Positions 1 through 13,100 of a stretch of DNA of 64,000 nucleotides are shown in pieces. Source of the DNA: Lingula anatina (taxonomy: Eukaryota; Animalia; Brachiopoda); contig CM120645.1 in NCBI GenBank assembly GCA_051362555.1, forward strand, positions 6,882,001 to 6,946,000, in the 5' to 3' direction. The notes beneath the pieces are model-generated. The model had not been told where the DNA came from, made no database searches, and was given only the letters and a program-made list of their open reading frames with translations. The translations under genes and the position numbers were made by a program. Numbering within the stretch: the stretch's first letter is position 1; every line of letters starts with the position of its first letter.

Positions 1-3000
1 CTCCCTTTTGAAGCTGTATAACCACACCATGGAGCTCAGGATCTGGGACACCAAGGACAAACTTGGCATGAGAGCCAGATATGACAGACCAAAGGCTTTC
101 AAGCTTCCCACTGCCAAACCAGGTACTTTTGCCAGCAGAAATTGTTCAAAAGTCTGAATATTTTGGCAATTTTTTTATTCCATAATCATTATATTCATAG
201 CCACTCAAGGTCAATATGCCCCATTGTGATTTATTTTATGATTCCTATGTGAACTAGGGCAAAACTGAAATGTGAAGAAGGTTATATTGAATCTAGATTT
301 TTCCTCTTATCTCATCATAAATCAGAGAGACTAACAGCTTATTTCAACTGAACAAAAGTATCAGTAAGATTTATGACAGGCACTCATATCCCACCCTAGT
401 AGGAAATTGAATTAAGTATTTCTTCAGATATCATATTTCAAAGACAACATCTACAAACCTTAATTAAACTTAGATCATTAATTGCCCCTTGATAAAGGTA
501 CGGCCACCAGCATAAATCCTCTGTTAATTGCCTTGATCAATACTGGTAATTGATACCAGCCCAATTTTTTCAAAACAATTTGCTTCTTAATTCAGGCACC
601 AGTCCAGATGATATTGGAGGGGTGAAGCAACTGGTGATGAAGCAGTCCAACAACTACCTGAAACTTCAGCCCAAGAAGCTGTACTTAGACCGTCCCTTGC
701 CTTCCCAACCTGAGCTCAGGGCAGAGTGGAGAGAGAGCAGACTCATGAAGATGGAGAAAGAGAAAAACAGGAAGAACAAAGGTGGGTATTACTTGATTTG
801 AGGAATGAGTCAGACATTTATGGCTTCTTTTGTAAATTGATTGTAAATTATATTAAATGAATATTTAAAAACCTTTCATCATTTAAGTGATGAAAATATT
901 TGAAGAAGTAGTTTGATTTTATATATTGCATTGGGTGTTTGTAAGAATCCAAGGGATATCAAAGTCAATACAGAGCTAGAGATGATGGATTGATTTCTAA
1001 CAACATAAGACCTAGTGCATTTAGAAACATGAATATGAAGAAATGGCAGGTTAAATCAGAGGAAACAGATTTATTGAACTTCAAAAACTTATTCTTACTG
1101 TCTCAGTCTTGACTCAACAGACCAATGTGTTATGTCCCTTGACATATACATATGAGATGAATGTCCTAAACTTATATAATTTTGTACGCTTAATTCAAGC
1201 GTGGGCTCGAAATAGGACATTACGTTTTAAACTTACTCAGTGGATAACGCAATTCGAAATTCCACGGTTCGTGTCAGATTTACGTGATATCGCGCAAAGA
1301 AAACCCAAGTCCACATAATGACCTGTTTAATGGTTTATTAGTTGATGATCCCTAACTACATGTTCTACGTGAAGCCTCCAAGCTCTAGGCCGTCTCCCAT
1401 AGCTCCGTCGAGCGGTCTCCTTCGAGTATTCTTCAGTCTGTCCCCTCAATATTATTTCTAGACGTCTTTTATACCTATTTCTTATCTATAGGTGGATTCT
1501 GTGCTGCAGTATTTGGCGGTACATATTAATTTTAATTATTCAAATTGCACACGTCCACTTAAGTTACATAACTACAGGTAAGGCCATAAAACGAGTCGAG
1601 TGCACAAGCAATCGACTCTAATCAAATTAATTTACATGTCTGGGAATTATATTTGTGAACACTACACGCCTTCCCTTTTTACCAGAAAAAAAAATACATT
1701 TTTTTTTTCATTTACCACGTTGGAGACATTCACTCTACATTATATTTACAACATATATATATATATATACAAAGCGAAGCACGTTAATAGAAGAACACGT
1801 TACAGACAGGCCCGGAGGAAAACCAGAGATAAAACCCTTTAATTTATATCTTTCTTTATCAATTTAAGGAAAAATAGCTCTGGAAACCGGGCAAATGAGC
1901 GCCTTATATTTTAAAGTCTTTAAAATTCATTTGAGTCTTTTAGTGTTTAGTCTTTCAATGGAATCATCGGCAAAACGGCGGGGTCCACCACTCTCGGCTG
2001 TAGAGTTACTTGGGTTCCAAGGCGCAGGACGGATCGGTCTAATGGATCAGCCTTGGATGCGCGGCGGGTCGGAGGCGATGACTCAGGCACGGCGATGCAG
2101 GGACCATTCACTGTCACCTGAAACGAGACACAGGGGAAAATAAACTTTCTTCGTTATAATAAAGTTTCATCGTCTTTTTGTTTGTTTTTTTTTTTTTCAT
2201 ACTTAAACCTCCCTTCGGTTGTATCTACGTTCAACATACATCTTCCATTACTTCTTTTTTTTAATATGCATATACCGTATAAGCATTAATTCTAGGGAAA
2301 AAATTCTAACCCATTTATTCCAGGGAAACAATTCGAATCACAAGCTCGCCACAATAATAATATTAATAATAAACAAAGTCAATCAGGGCTAATATGAAGA
2401 GGAAAAACACCACCTATCATCCCAGACAACAGGAAAATCCACAGTTAGACCTAATCAAGCTACCAGCACCATCACGACCGTATCAAGCTACCAGCGCCGT
2501 CTCGGCCTGCCTCATCAGCAACACCTGGCCATATGCTGCAGATAAAACTGTGTGAGCTACCAGTGCCGTCATGGTCTGTCTGCCAGCAATATCCGGCACA
2601 TATTGCCAGCAAAACTCTGTATGTTTCCGAAGTCACAGAACACCCGTCGTATCGATCATCATGGCTGGTTACTCAAACAACAACAAGATATTAGCAAGAC
2701 AAAATCTCTACCCAGTTCCCACAGAACACGGTTCTGCTACCTATCCCTTCGTGGGCAGGCATCAACATAAAAAATACCTGGTCTAAAATACCAGTCCCGA
2801 CACTCCAACGTGGAGCATGGTACCCTTAAAGAAATTATCTGGTCTAACTTGCATTTATCCATCGGTGGACCTAAATTAACAAGCAGCCCTACGTCGCTAG
2901 GAACATACCAGAATTTTTCGCTCCCATACGGAAGCAGGGAACCATTTTAAATAAATAATAAAACATCTGGTCTGACTTGCATTTATCCATCGGTGGACCT

Positions 3001-6000
3001 AAATTAACAAGCAGCCCTACGTCGCTAGGAATGTACCAGATCTTCTGCTCCTATTACTTAACAGCAGGATAACCTTAAAAAATAAATACTGGGTCTCTAA
3101 CCTCACTTCGAGATAAACTAACCTGTTTTCGCCATATGAGCCTCCTTCCTTCATTACCCGTCACGACGTTTAATTGTCCTCTCGCATAATATAAAAGTCC
3201 AAAAGTACACGTGTTTGTCTGTCTGTGTGTCCGTTTTTAATTACTGTCTGCCTACGCACGTGCCTTGCCTAAACCAGTTCGGTCCGGTTTATTTCGACAC
3301 CCGTTTTTAATATTCCCATTATAGACCAAAGCTTTGATATTGCCTCTATATTCAAATTTGCCTAAGAACACGTTCCTTATCACCACGAATGCCGCTTCTT
3401 ATCTATGTTACCAAATTCTGATGTAATCTCCAACTATTACATGTAATTCGATCGACGCAATTAGCAAACACTTGAAGTTCTTTATCTTACCGCTTGCCTG
3501 TGTCGGCCCTTGCGCGACAGTATAGGCAATTATAATTAATAGCACAATAGCCTGTACATCTGAACGTTACAAATTTAAAAATCCGATCAAGACCATATCA
3601 ACGTAAAACCCTTATTTTACTACGAAGAAATTTCGTCAATCACCGAATCAACGCAACAATAACCCGAAAACATGTTAAAATACAACAACGACACCAAAAG
3701 ACGATATATACTACCAACAACGCAAAACTTATCTTAATTTTTTTTTTCCGCTACGCAATCCTGAATATAACCCTTCTACGACTGCCACGTAACGAACACG
3801 TAGCTTTTCCCGAAAATTGCATTTTTCATGCACTAACGATCTCTTGCGTCTTACAAAAAAAAGTAAGCAATCTGCCTAAACATTTCATGTGCCGTAATTA
3901 CGTGGCCCTTAACCAACAATTTTGCAATTTACATATTAAATCGACTTAAATTGGAGGAGCCGTTTATTCCTCTCTTACTATCAACATTTTACTTAAAATC
4001 GGCAAGTCACCCCTACTTTGCACTGAATTTGGAAAGTTTTTAATTAATCTTAACATGAACAGGCCCTACCACGGCACGAAAAACCGTTAAAAACTAACAA
4101 AATTTTACACAAAATCCGACATTAAAATACTTGTTACTGCAAGATATAAACAATAGTTCATACTTACCGGCCGGTAGGTGATACTGCCTGGCCGACCGAT
4201 CTTCGCTGCGCGAAGACATAACCTTTCTATACTTACCTCCCCGTCTGGCCATTTTGTGTCTAGTCAGGTCTTCCTTGTGCGCATTGGAACGTAAACTGGC
4301 GAAGCTCGGCCAAATATGTTATGTACCTTGACATATGCATATGACGAATGCCCTAAACTTATATAATTTTGTACGCTTAATTCAAGCGTGGGCTCGAAAT
4401 AGGACATTACGTTTTAAACTTACTCAGTGGATAACGCAATTCGAAATTCCACGGTTCGTGTCAGATTTACGTGATATCGCGCAAAGAAAACCCAAGTCCA
4501 CATAATGACCTGTTTAATGGTTTATTAGTTGATGATCCCTAACTACATGTTCTACGTGAAGCCTCCAAGCTCTAGGCCGTCTCCCATAGCTCCGTCGAGC
4601 GGTCTCCTTCGAGTATTCTTCAGTCTGTCCCCTCAATATTATTTCTAGACGTCTTTTATACCTATTTCTTATCTATAGGTGGATTCTGTGCTGCAGTATT
4701 TGGCGGTACATATTAATTTTAATTATTCAAATTGCACACGTCCACTTAAGTTACATAACTACAGGTAAGGCCATAAAACGAGTCGAGTGCACAAGCAATC
4801 GACTCTAATCAAATTAATTTACATGTCTGGGAATTATATTTGTGAACACTACAAATGCTTTGATAGTTACCAGCCATCAGTAATTCAATATTTTTGACTG
4901 TTTCCTGATTTCTCAGCTGCCAGAGACAGGGAGCAAGGGAAAGACCAGCAGCAGCCAGTGCAGGCTACAGGAAAAGTTGAACTGTCAGTGACTAGGGCTG
5001 CATCTCCTGCTAACACCAATACCAGTGCAGTCACACCTAGTGTGCCTGTCCCCCAGCAGGGGGCAGCACCCACAACACAAGCCGGGACACCTGGGACACC
5101 TTACACACTGGTGTCTGTGAAGAATGAGGAAACAAAGGAAGATGAAAACCAGGAAATGAGGTTTGAAGCATTTTTCTAGTGTAAATATGTTATAAACCCT
5201 ACAATAAGAGCCGTGTTGTTTGGATTTCATGATATAATGCCATAAAGCAAAATAAGTGAAACCAGAAACCAAATTAAAGAACCAGGAAATGATATTTGAA
5301 TCTTTTTTTTTTTAATGTTGATATATTATAACCCCTATCATAAGAGCTGTGTTGTTTGGATTGCATGATATAATGCCATAAAACAAAACTAGTGAAACCA
5401 AAAATATTTGTATAAATGTGTACAGTACATGTTATACAGCTGTATGTGGTACGAGATTTCTGAATCAGATTGTAAGATCATGTACAGAGGTTACTGAGAG
5501 CAAGAGATGATAAAGAATTCAGTCAATCCAACTTTAAGTTATACAAAATAGTACTTGACACATAATATTTTAAGTCACTCTATGAACATTTACATGACAT
5601 AATATTGTATGATATTTTTCTGATTATTTTGAAAAACAAGTAGAACATACAGGTAATCTATGAAGCTTGTCAGTGTACTGAACTCAAATACACCTTTTCT
5701 AATAATAGGGGAGTAATAATTTATTGTAGCTAAACACACCTCTGCTGTAATGATTATATACAATCCGTAGGCATAATTATCAAGTGAGCTGAATCAAAGA
5801 TTAAACCAATATATTAATTTTAAATACTTAATAATCACAGGTCATATAGCCGACTGGGCAGGCTGGCTGGAGTGGACTCTCCCTCAGCTGCTAAAGAGCT
5901 GAAGAAACAGAGCCCAAAGAAACCCAGGGGCAGGGTGTCCAAGAGTGGACATGCAGGGGAGAAGGAAGAGCCCAAGGGCCAGACCAGAATGTCCCGTAGC

Positions 6001-7061
6001 CAGAGCTTACCTCCTCCAGACATGAAGAAAGATAGAGCTGCATCTTCGTCGTTGTCGCCATCAGGGCGCCGTGAGGGACCGTCCTCAGCACAGTCCTCAC
6101 ACAAGACACAGGGCAAGTCTGTGGCTGGCAGTGATAGTAAGTGTCATCACCCCCATCTGCCACCCTCCCACCCACCCATTAACATGTATCAACCTGTGGC
6201 ACCCTGTATAAGCCAAGATATGTACCTAGTGCAATATATGCAAATGTATTGATGGGTTTATAAGTGGCCTTATACCTTTCCTTTCCATTCCAGATGGCAC
6301 TGCTGCACCTAAGAGCCCAGCAACTGTTGCCACGACGGCTGTCTCTAAGGACTCTAAGGAGGGAGAGGCTCCCAAACGGAGACGTACCAAGAAAGCCGAG
6401 GCAGAGGCTGCAGCAGCCGAACTGGCAAGGAAGTTTGGAATATGCTGTGTGCCAGTTAGAATGGCTATTCTCTTTGGTGGTAGGTATAAAAAACTTGCTA
6501 AGAACTCATATTGATTGTGTTAGGTGAGATAAATGTTGAACCAATTGCTGTGGTTGAGATGTACTCATATTTATATTGATACAGTGTTGATTGGATATTT
6601 AATATAAAAATGAAATTGATTTCAAACTAGAAATGTCTCTCTTATGAGTAACTTAAATGGTAAATCTTGAAAAAGTAATATGCTGAAATATGAGGTTTTT
6701 GAAAAAAAATCAAGTAATGACCACCAAACCGATGGCTCTGTTTAAATATAAAGCCATGTTGTCTACCCTGTCAGGTATGAAGAGCCTCACCAACAGAATA
6801 GGGACCCCTGTCCCTGGGGTGGAGGACCTATTCTTTACTGTGACAGTGGACGGTCCACTCATGTCCGAGGAGCAGCACCGGGCACTTAACCCTATGATTA
6901 TTAAAGTGCATTCTGCCACCAACATGCCTGAGACCCCTCTGACTTATTCACAACTCAAACAAAAGTAAGTCTTGTTTTGAATCTGGATAAATCAAGTTTT
7001 GCATTACTTATTTGCTTATTTATTTTTTATGTCTCTTGTTTTGAATCTTAGTAAATCAGTT

Positions 7062-7100
<39 letters not shown>

Positions 7101-10100
7101 TTTTACTCCATATCAATTACCTCTCTGTTTAAGAATTTGATTGGAAAATGTTGCTATAATTTTTTCCTCAAATGCACCCTCAATTGTGAACTGTAGTCTT
7201 GATATTGAAGGGTCTCTGAGAGACAGCAAAAAAACTTACTTTACCCAAATTTGCAGTGATTTTTCAAAGTTAACAGTATTGAAATGCACATGCTTGTCAT
7301 ATATACTGTATTCTCTCTCTCTTTTTCTCAGATGTGATCCAGCCTATATCAAGTACCAGTTTTACAAACAGCCGTGGCACCTGAGTGTTGGGAGGGAGCA
7401 GGGAAAGAGCATCTACTGGGATGACCTCAATGTGGTCCTCTTAGGTGAGGAATTACTTACGGCTAGTTTACTGCACTTTTTTGTGTACTTGTGCTAAAAA
7501 ATATAGAAACTGTCATTACAAGAAAGTTAATCATCTAAGTGAGATGAATAATGACAGTAATTTTTTTTTTTTTTTGTATATTTGTCTGCCACTATACTGA
7601 AACAAGATGAACTGCTGAGAAGCAAGATGTAAAACCTTCTAGGTGGATATAAATAACAGTTAACTGCAGTGAAAATGACATACTTTTTTATATTCATATA
7701 AAAACAAAGTTGTGATAGCTAAATATACAACTGTTATAATAACATCACAAGCTTTCAAAAGCAAATCAAAAAAATTTTTTTCACCCGCGTTTCCCCCGTG
7801 AGTAAAATCTTCAGTCCTTCAGTGTCAATACTTAGTTGCAAGATTGAGTTTCACCTCCATGTTGTCTTTGCCAGGCACAATTCCACCTTGTGAACTGAGG
7901 GAGCTGCTGAATGGCCCTCCCCTGGAGATAGGAGTCCATGACAGAGACCGCATCATTGAGAAGGAGAAGTTGAAAGCTACCTTATTCGGTGATGACCTGG
8001 AGGATGAAAAGATCAACAGTGTAGGAGCAGTCTCAGGTATGTATTCTATAAACTTAAGTTGGTGAGTCGCTGTTGTCCTGATAATTTGATTTTTACTCAT
8101 GTTATGAATTAAGAAAAGCCATAACAATTATAATGATAATTTCAAAAATTTTGTATTGAATGATAATTGATGTTTTTTGAAATAAAATGGAAGATTCAAT
8201 ATGGACCTTCTTTTTTTTTTATATCCAAAGAGCTCAGTTTTTGGCATTTGGTGTGTTATTTGTCTTATCTAAGATAAAAACTGATGGTAAAGCTTTAAAC
8301 AACATGAAACTGACTCACTTGAAGCAAACAAGTTTTACAAGTCAGAATAAATTCATATAATAATTCCAGGCAGGAGAACTCTGTTCAACCCCCTGAAAGG
8401 CCGCCCCAAGCCCTGGGACCCGTACGCCGTGGGAAAGTTCGACCTGTCAGAACTCCTCCTGGGGGAGAGGGTGATGAATCTTAAGGTGCCCCTACACAAC
8501 TGCCCCCCACCTGACCTCCTGGGTATGAAGAACACAGAGGAAGGGAAGGTGTTTGGTGTGGAGGGGGCTGTGGATGGACCAGGTAAGTTGGTGTACAGTG
8601 CAGGGATATGGTGATTCAAGTGATACCCTGATGACAGAGGGTTATATTCTGACCCAAACACATGGGATTGCCTTGTAATGCATGGAATTTAAAAATTTTC
8701 CCTGATTTCGGGGGTCTTTTACTGATTAATTGTACCACCAGCGTAGGCGCTGGCGGTACCCATGGTTTTAGTCCCGACCCGTATGTTCCGCCGGCTCCTG
8801 CGGCTCCTGCGGCTCCTGCGGCTCCGCCGCCAAGTCACCGTTACCGCTTCTCCTCCTAGACGGTAAGGGCCCCTGTACCCATCTCTTGGATTTAGGTCAC
8901 CTATAATCTCAACTCGTTCCACGTAAAATTTGGGCTTTGTCGGTATTGGGGTCTAGGTGTGGCACTCATTGCAATGCACCCTTGTCTAAAAATGGCAAAA
9001 TTAAATGCTAATTATCTACCCTACGGAAGGAGTAATGGGAAAAATTTCTACAGACAGCTTTCCAAAAGTCATATGTGTAGATTTCAAATATGCCCTTGGA
9101 TTTGACCTTTGACCTTTATTTCAAGGTCAAACGGGCCAAAATTTTCAAAAAAATGAAATTTTTTACGAAAAAAATTTTTTTTGCCCTGTTATTCAGACAC
9201 CACATAGACTTTACCAATGATATTATTGGAAAGTGTTACCCTTCGGGTCATCTTTCATCTCCGTGAATTTGGGGTCAATCGGTGCATTTTCACGGGAGTA
9301 GCGGCCATAAAGTACCTAAACTGAAAACTGTCTCTAATTTGGGAACCGTTAATGCTAGAGACCCATTCTTTTTTGCATTTTGTAGAGCATGTAAAGCCCA
9401 ACACTGGAGGTGGTCTCCGTTTTTTTGTATTCCATACGGTTTTCAAGTTACGCTGTATAAAAAAGTACATATTGGTGGTGAAAGCAAAATGTGCAGTACG
9501 GTAATGGATAATAAATTTTGAACTCTGGAAAAATAATACAAAAGGCTTGGCAAAGCAGACAACTTGTGGTCAAAAATGACATTATTTCATCAAATTTGAA
9601 CTTCTGGAACTTCAGAGCACCTCTTATTTTAAGAATTTTGACCAAAGTGATGTTTTCTTTATTTTAGTTAATTTTTTTCTGTAGGAAATTTATGGCACAT
9701 TATGGTAACTCCAAAATTATAACAATTAGTCCCTTATGTCTCCAAAACTGGCAGAGATAGGTCCATAGTTACTATTAAAGTTGAATAGGAAGTCATATAG
9801 TGGCAATCTTACTGTGACCTTGAAATTGACCTTTGACCTACTTTTCACCATGAACTGAACTTTGCAAATTTTGCTTCCCTTTTATCTCCAAAACTGGCAG
9901 AGATAGGTCCATAGTTACTATTGAACTTGAATAGGAAGTCATATACTGGCAATCCAAATGTGACCTTGAAATTGACCTTTGACCTACTTTTCACCATGAA
10001 CTGAACTTTGCAAATTTTGCTGCCCTTTTATCTCCAAAACTGGCAGAGATAAGTCCATAGTTACTATTGAAGTTGAATGGGAAGTCATATACTGGCAATC

Positions 10101-13100
10101 TAAATGTGACCTTAAAATTGACCTTTGACCTACTTTTCACCATGAACTGAACTTTGCAAATTTTGCTTCCCTTTTATCTCCAAAACTGGCAGAGATAGGT
10201 CCATAGTTTCTATTGAACTTGAATGGGAAGTCATATACTGGCAATCTAAATGTGACCTTAAAATTGACCTTTGACCTACTTTTCACCATGAACTGAACTT
10301 TGCAAATTTTGCTTCCCTTTTATCTCCAAAACTGGCACAGATTGGTCCATGGTTACTGTTGAACTTGAATAGGAAGTCATATACTGGCAATCTAAATGTG
10401 ACCTTAAAATTGACCTTTGACCTACTTTTCACCATGAACTGAACTTTGCAAATTTTGCTTCCCTTTTATCTCCAAAACTGGCAGAGATAGGTCCATAGTT
10501 ACTATTGAACTTGAATGGGAAGTCATATACTGGCAATCTAAATGTGACCTTAAAATTGACCTTTGACCTACTTTTCACTATGAACTGAACTTTGCAAATT
10601 TTGCTTCCCTTTTATCTCTAAAGTTACGCTGTATCAAAAAATACATATTGGTGGTGAAAGCAAAATGTGCAGTACGGTAATGGATAATAAATTTTGAACT
10701 CCGGAAAAATAATACATTAGGCTTGGCAAAGCAGACAACTTGTGGTCAAAAATGACATTATTTCATGAAATTTGAACACCTGGAACTTCAGAGCATCTCC
10801 CATTCCAAAAATTTTGACCAAAATGACCTTTTCTTTATTTTAATTAATTTTTTTCTGTAGGAAATTTATGGCACATTATGGTAACTCCAAAATTATAACA
10901 TTTAGTCCCTTTTATCTGCAAAACTGGCAGAGATAGGTCCATAGTTACTATTGAACTTGAATAGAAAGTCATATACTGGCAATCTTACTGTGACCTTGAA
11001 ATTGACATTTGACCTATTTTTCACCATGAACTGAACTTTGCAAATTTTGCTTCCCTTTTATCTCCAAAACTGGCAGAGATAGGTCCATAGTTACTATTGA
11101 ACTTGAATAGGAAGTCAAATACTGGCAATCTTACTGTGACCTTGAAATTGACCTTTGACCTACTTTTCACCATGAACTGAATTTTGCAAATTTTGCTTCC
11201 CTTTTATCTCTAAAACTGGCAGAGATAGGTCCATAGTTACTATTGAACTTGAATAGGAAGTCATATACTGGCAATCTAAATGTGACCTTAAAATTGACCT
11301 TTGACCTACTTTTCACTATGAACTGAACTTTGCAAATTTTGCTTCCCTTTTATCTCTAAAGTTACGCTGTATCAAAAAATACATATTGGTGGTGAAAGCA
11401 AAATGTGCAGTACGGTAATGGATAATAAATTTTGAACTCCGGAAAAATAATACATTAGGCTTGGCAAAGCAGACAACTTGTGGTCAAAAATGACATTATT
11501 TCATGAAATTTGAACACCTGGAACTTCAGAGCATCTCCCATTCCAAAAATTTTGACCAAAATGACCTTTTCTTTATTTTAATTAATTTTTTTCTGTAGGA
11601 AATTTATGGCACATTATGGTAACTCCAAAATTATAACATTTAGTCCCTTTTATCTGCAAAACTGGCAGAGATAGGTCCATAGTTACTATTGAACTTGAAT
11701 AGAAAGTCATATACTGGCAATCTTACTGTGACCTTGAAATTGACATTTGACCTATTTTTCACCATGAACTGAACTTTGCAAATTTTGCTTCCCTTTTATC
11801 TCCAAAACTGGCAGAGATAGGTCCATAGTTACTATTGAACTTGAATAGGAAGTCAAATACTGGCAATCTTACTGTGACCTTGAAATTGACCTTTGACCTA
11901 CTTTTCACCATGAACTGAATTTTGCAAATTTTGCTTCCCTTTTATCTCTAAAACTGGCAGAGATGGGTCCATAGTTATTATTGAACTTGAATAGGAAGTC
12001 ATATACTGGCAATCTAAGTGTGACCTTGAAATTGACCTTTGACCTACCTTACAATAAACTTAAATTTGATTGTACCATTTTTAGTTTCATATATTTTTTG
12101 CATATATTGAAAATTCTTGTTGATTGCATGTTTACAGCTTGTCAAGCACAAGACTGGGGGCTGTGTCCCTTATTTTGTGTATGTGGGGGTCTATACGAAT
12201 GCGCTTGCTCCAGCTGGTGGTACAATATTCGGAGGCGGTATCGCCTCTCTGATCCTCTAGTTCATTTTTAGATTCACAGTATATAGATTTGCATTAATTA
12301 TAAGGTTATAAGGTTTTTCTAATCTGTGAACTGCCAGATGTGAATTTCCATCTTGATAATCATTTTTCTTCATTCCTTCCTTATCAGCAAGCTTCTGCTG
12401 GCCTAAACATCCCATGCTTATAGTATCCTATAATCTTTGAACCTCAGGGTGAACATTTCCAGTTTGATGACTATTTTAATATCATATTCCTGTTTATATA
12501 TTATACTATTTTTGTTCCTTCCAGTGGACACTCCTCTCCCTGTGGGCCACTATCTCCAGTCTCACGCCATGTTGAAGGTGCGCTTTGAGCTGGCCTACCC
12601 ACTGGTGACTCCATCTGAGCTGGCAGCCAAGGGGGAGCTGGAGACAGCATTTGAAGTGAGTGTAAGAGAACATTAAACAAAAAGTTTTAGGCTGTGTTCA
12701 GAATAGAAGATATTGTACTATCGTGCCAGACAATAAAACTGATTACATTGACTGGGCCTTAGTGAGATTTACTGTTGAGATAGGTTGATCCTGCTGGTGT
12801 GATAACTGCTTAAAATGTTAATAAATAATAATGTAATTTAATAAGTTGTTAGTTAAAATCAGATTAAACACCCCACTTTATTTTGAAACCTACAAAATAG
12901 AAAAAATACATATATACATTGTGTTAAGTCATTAATTATACAGTAACTGTTCTTGTTTTTTATCCACAGTGTCCATTTGGCAGAATTGTGTTCATATTTG
13001 ACTACAAAAATGTCCAGTTCCTACGGAAGCTTCAGACACTGGTCACTGACATCAATGCCAAGGCTCTGGAACTTGACACTATGCCACAACATGTCATTGA

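Noticed and set aside
1109-2786. Short plus-strand ORFs in the LTR element as gag/pol
   Set aside because: No CCHC, protease, RT or integrase motifs; antisense to the element.
9731-12050. Regular repeats as a CRISPR array
   Set aside because: Whole 146-bp units repeat with no unique spacers, there are no cas genes, and the context is a eukaryotic intron.
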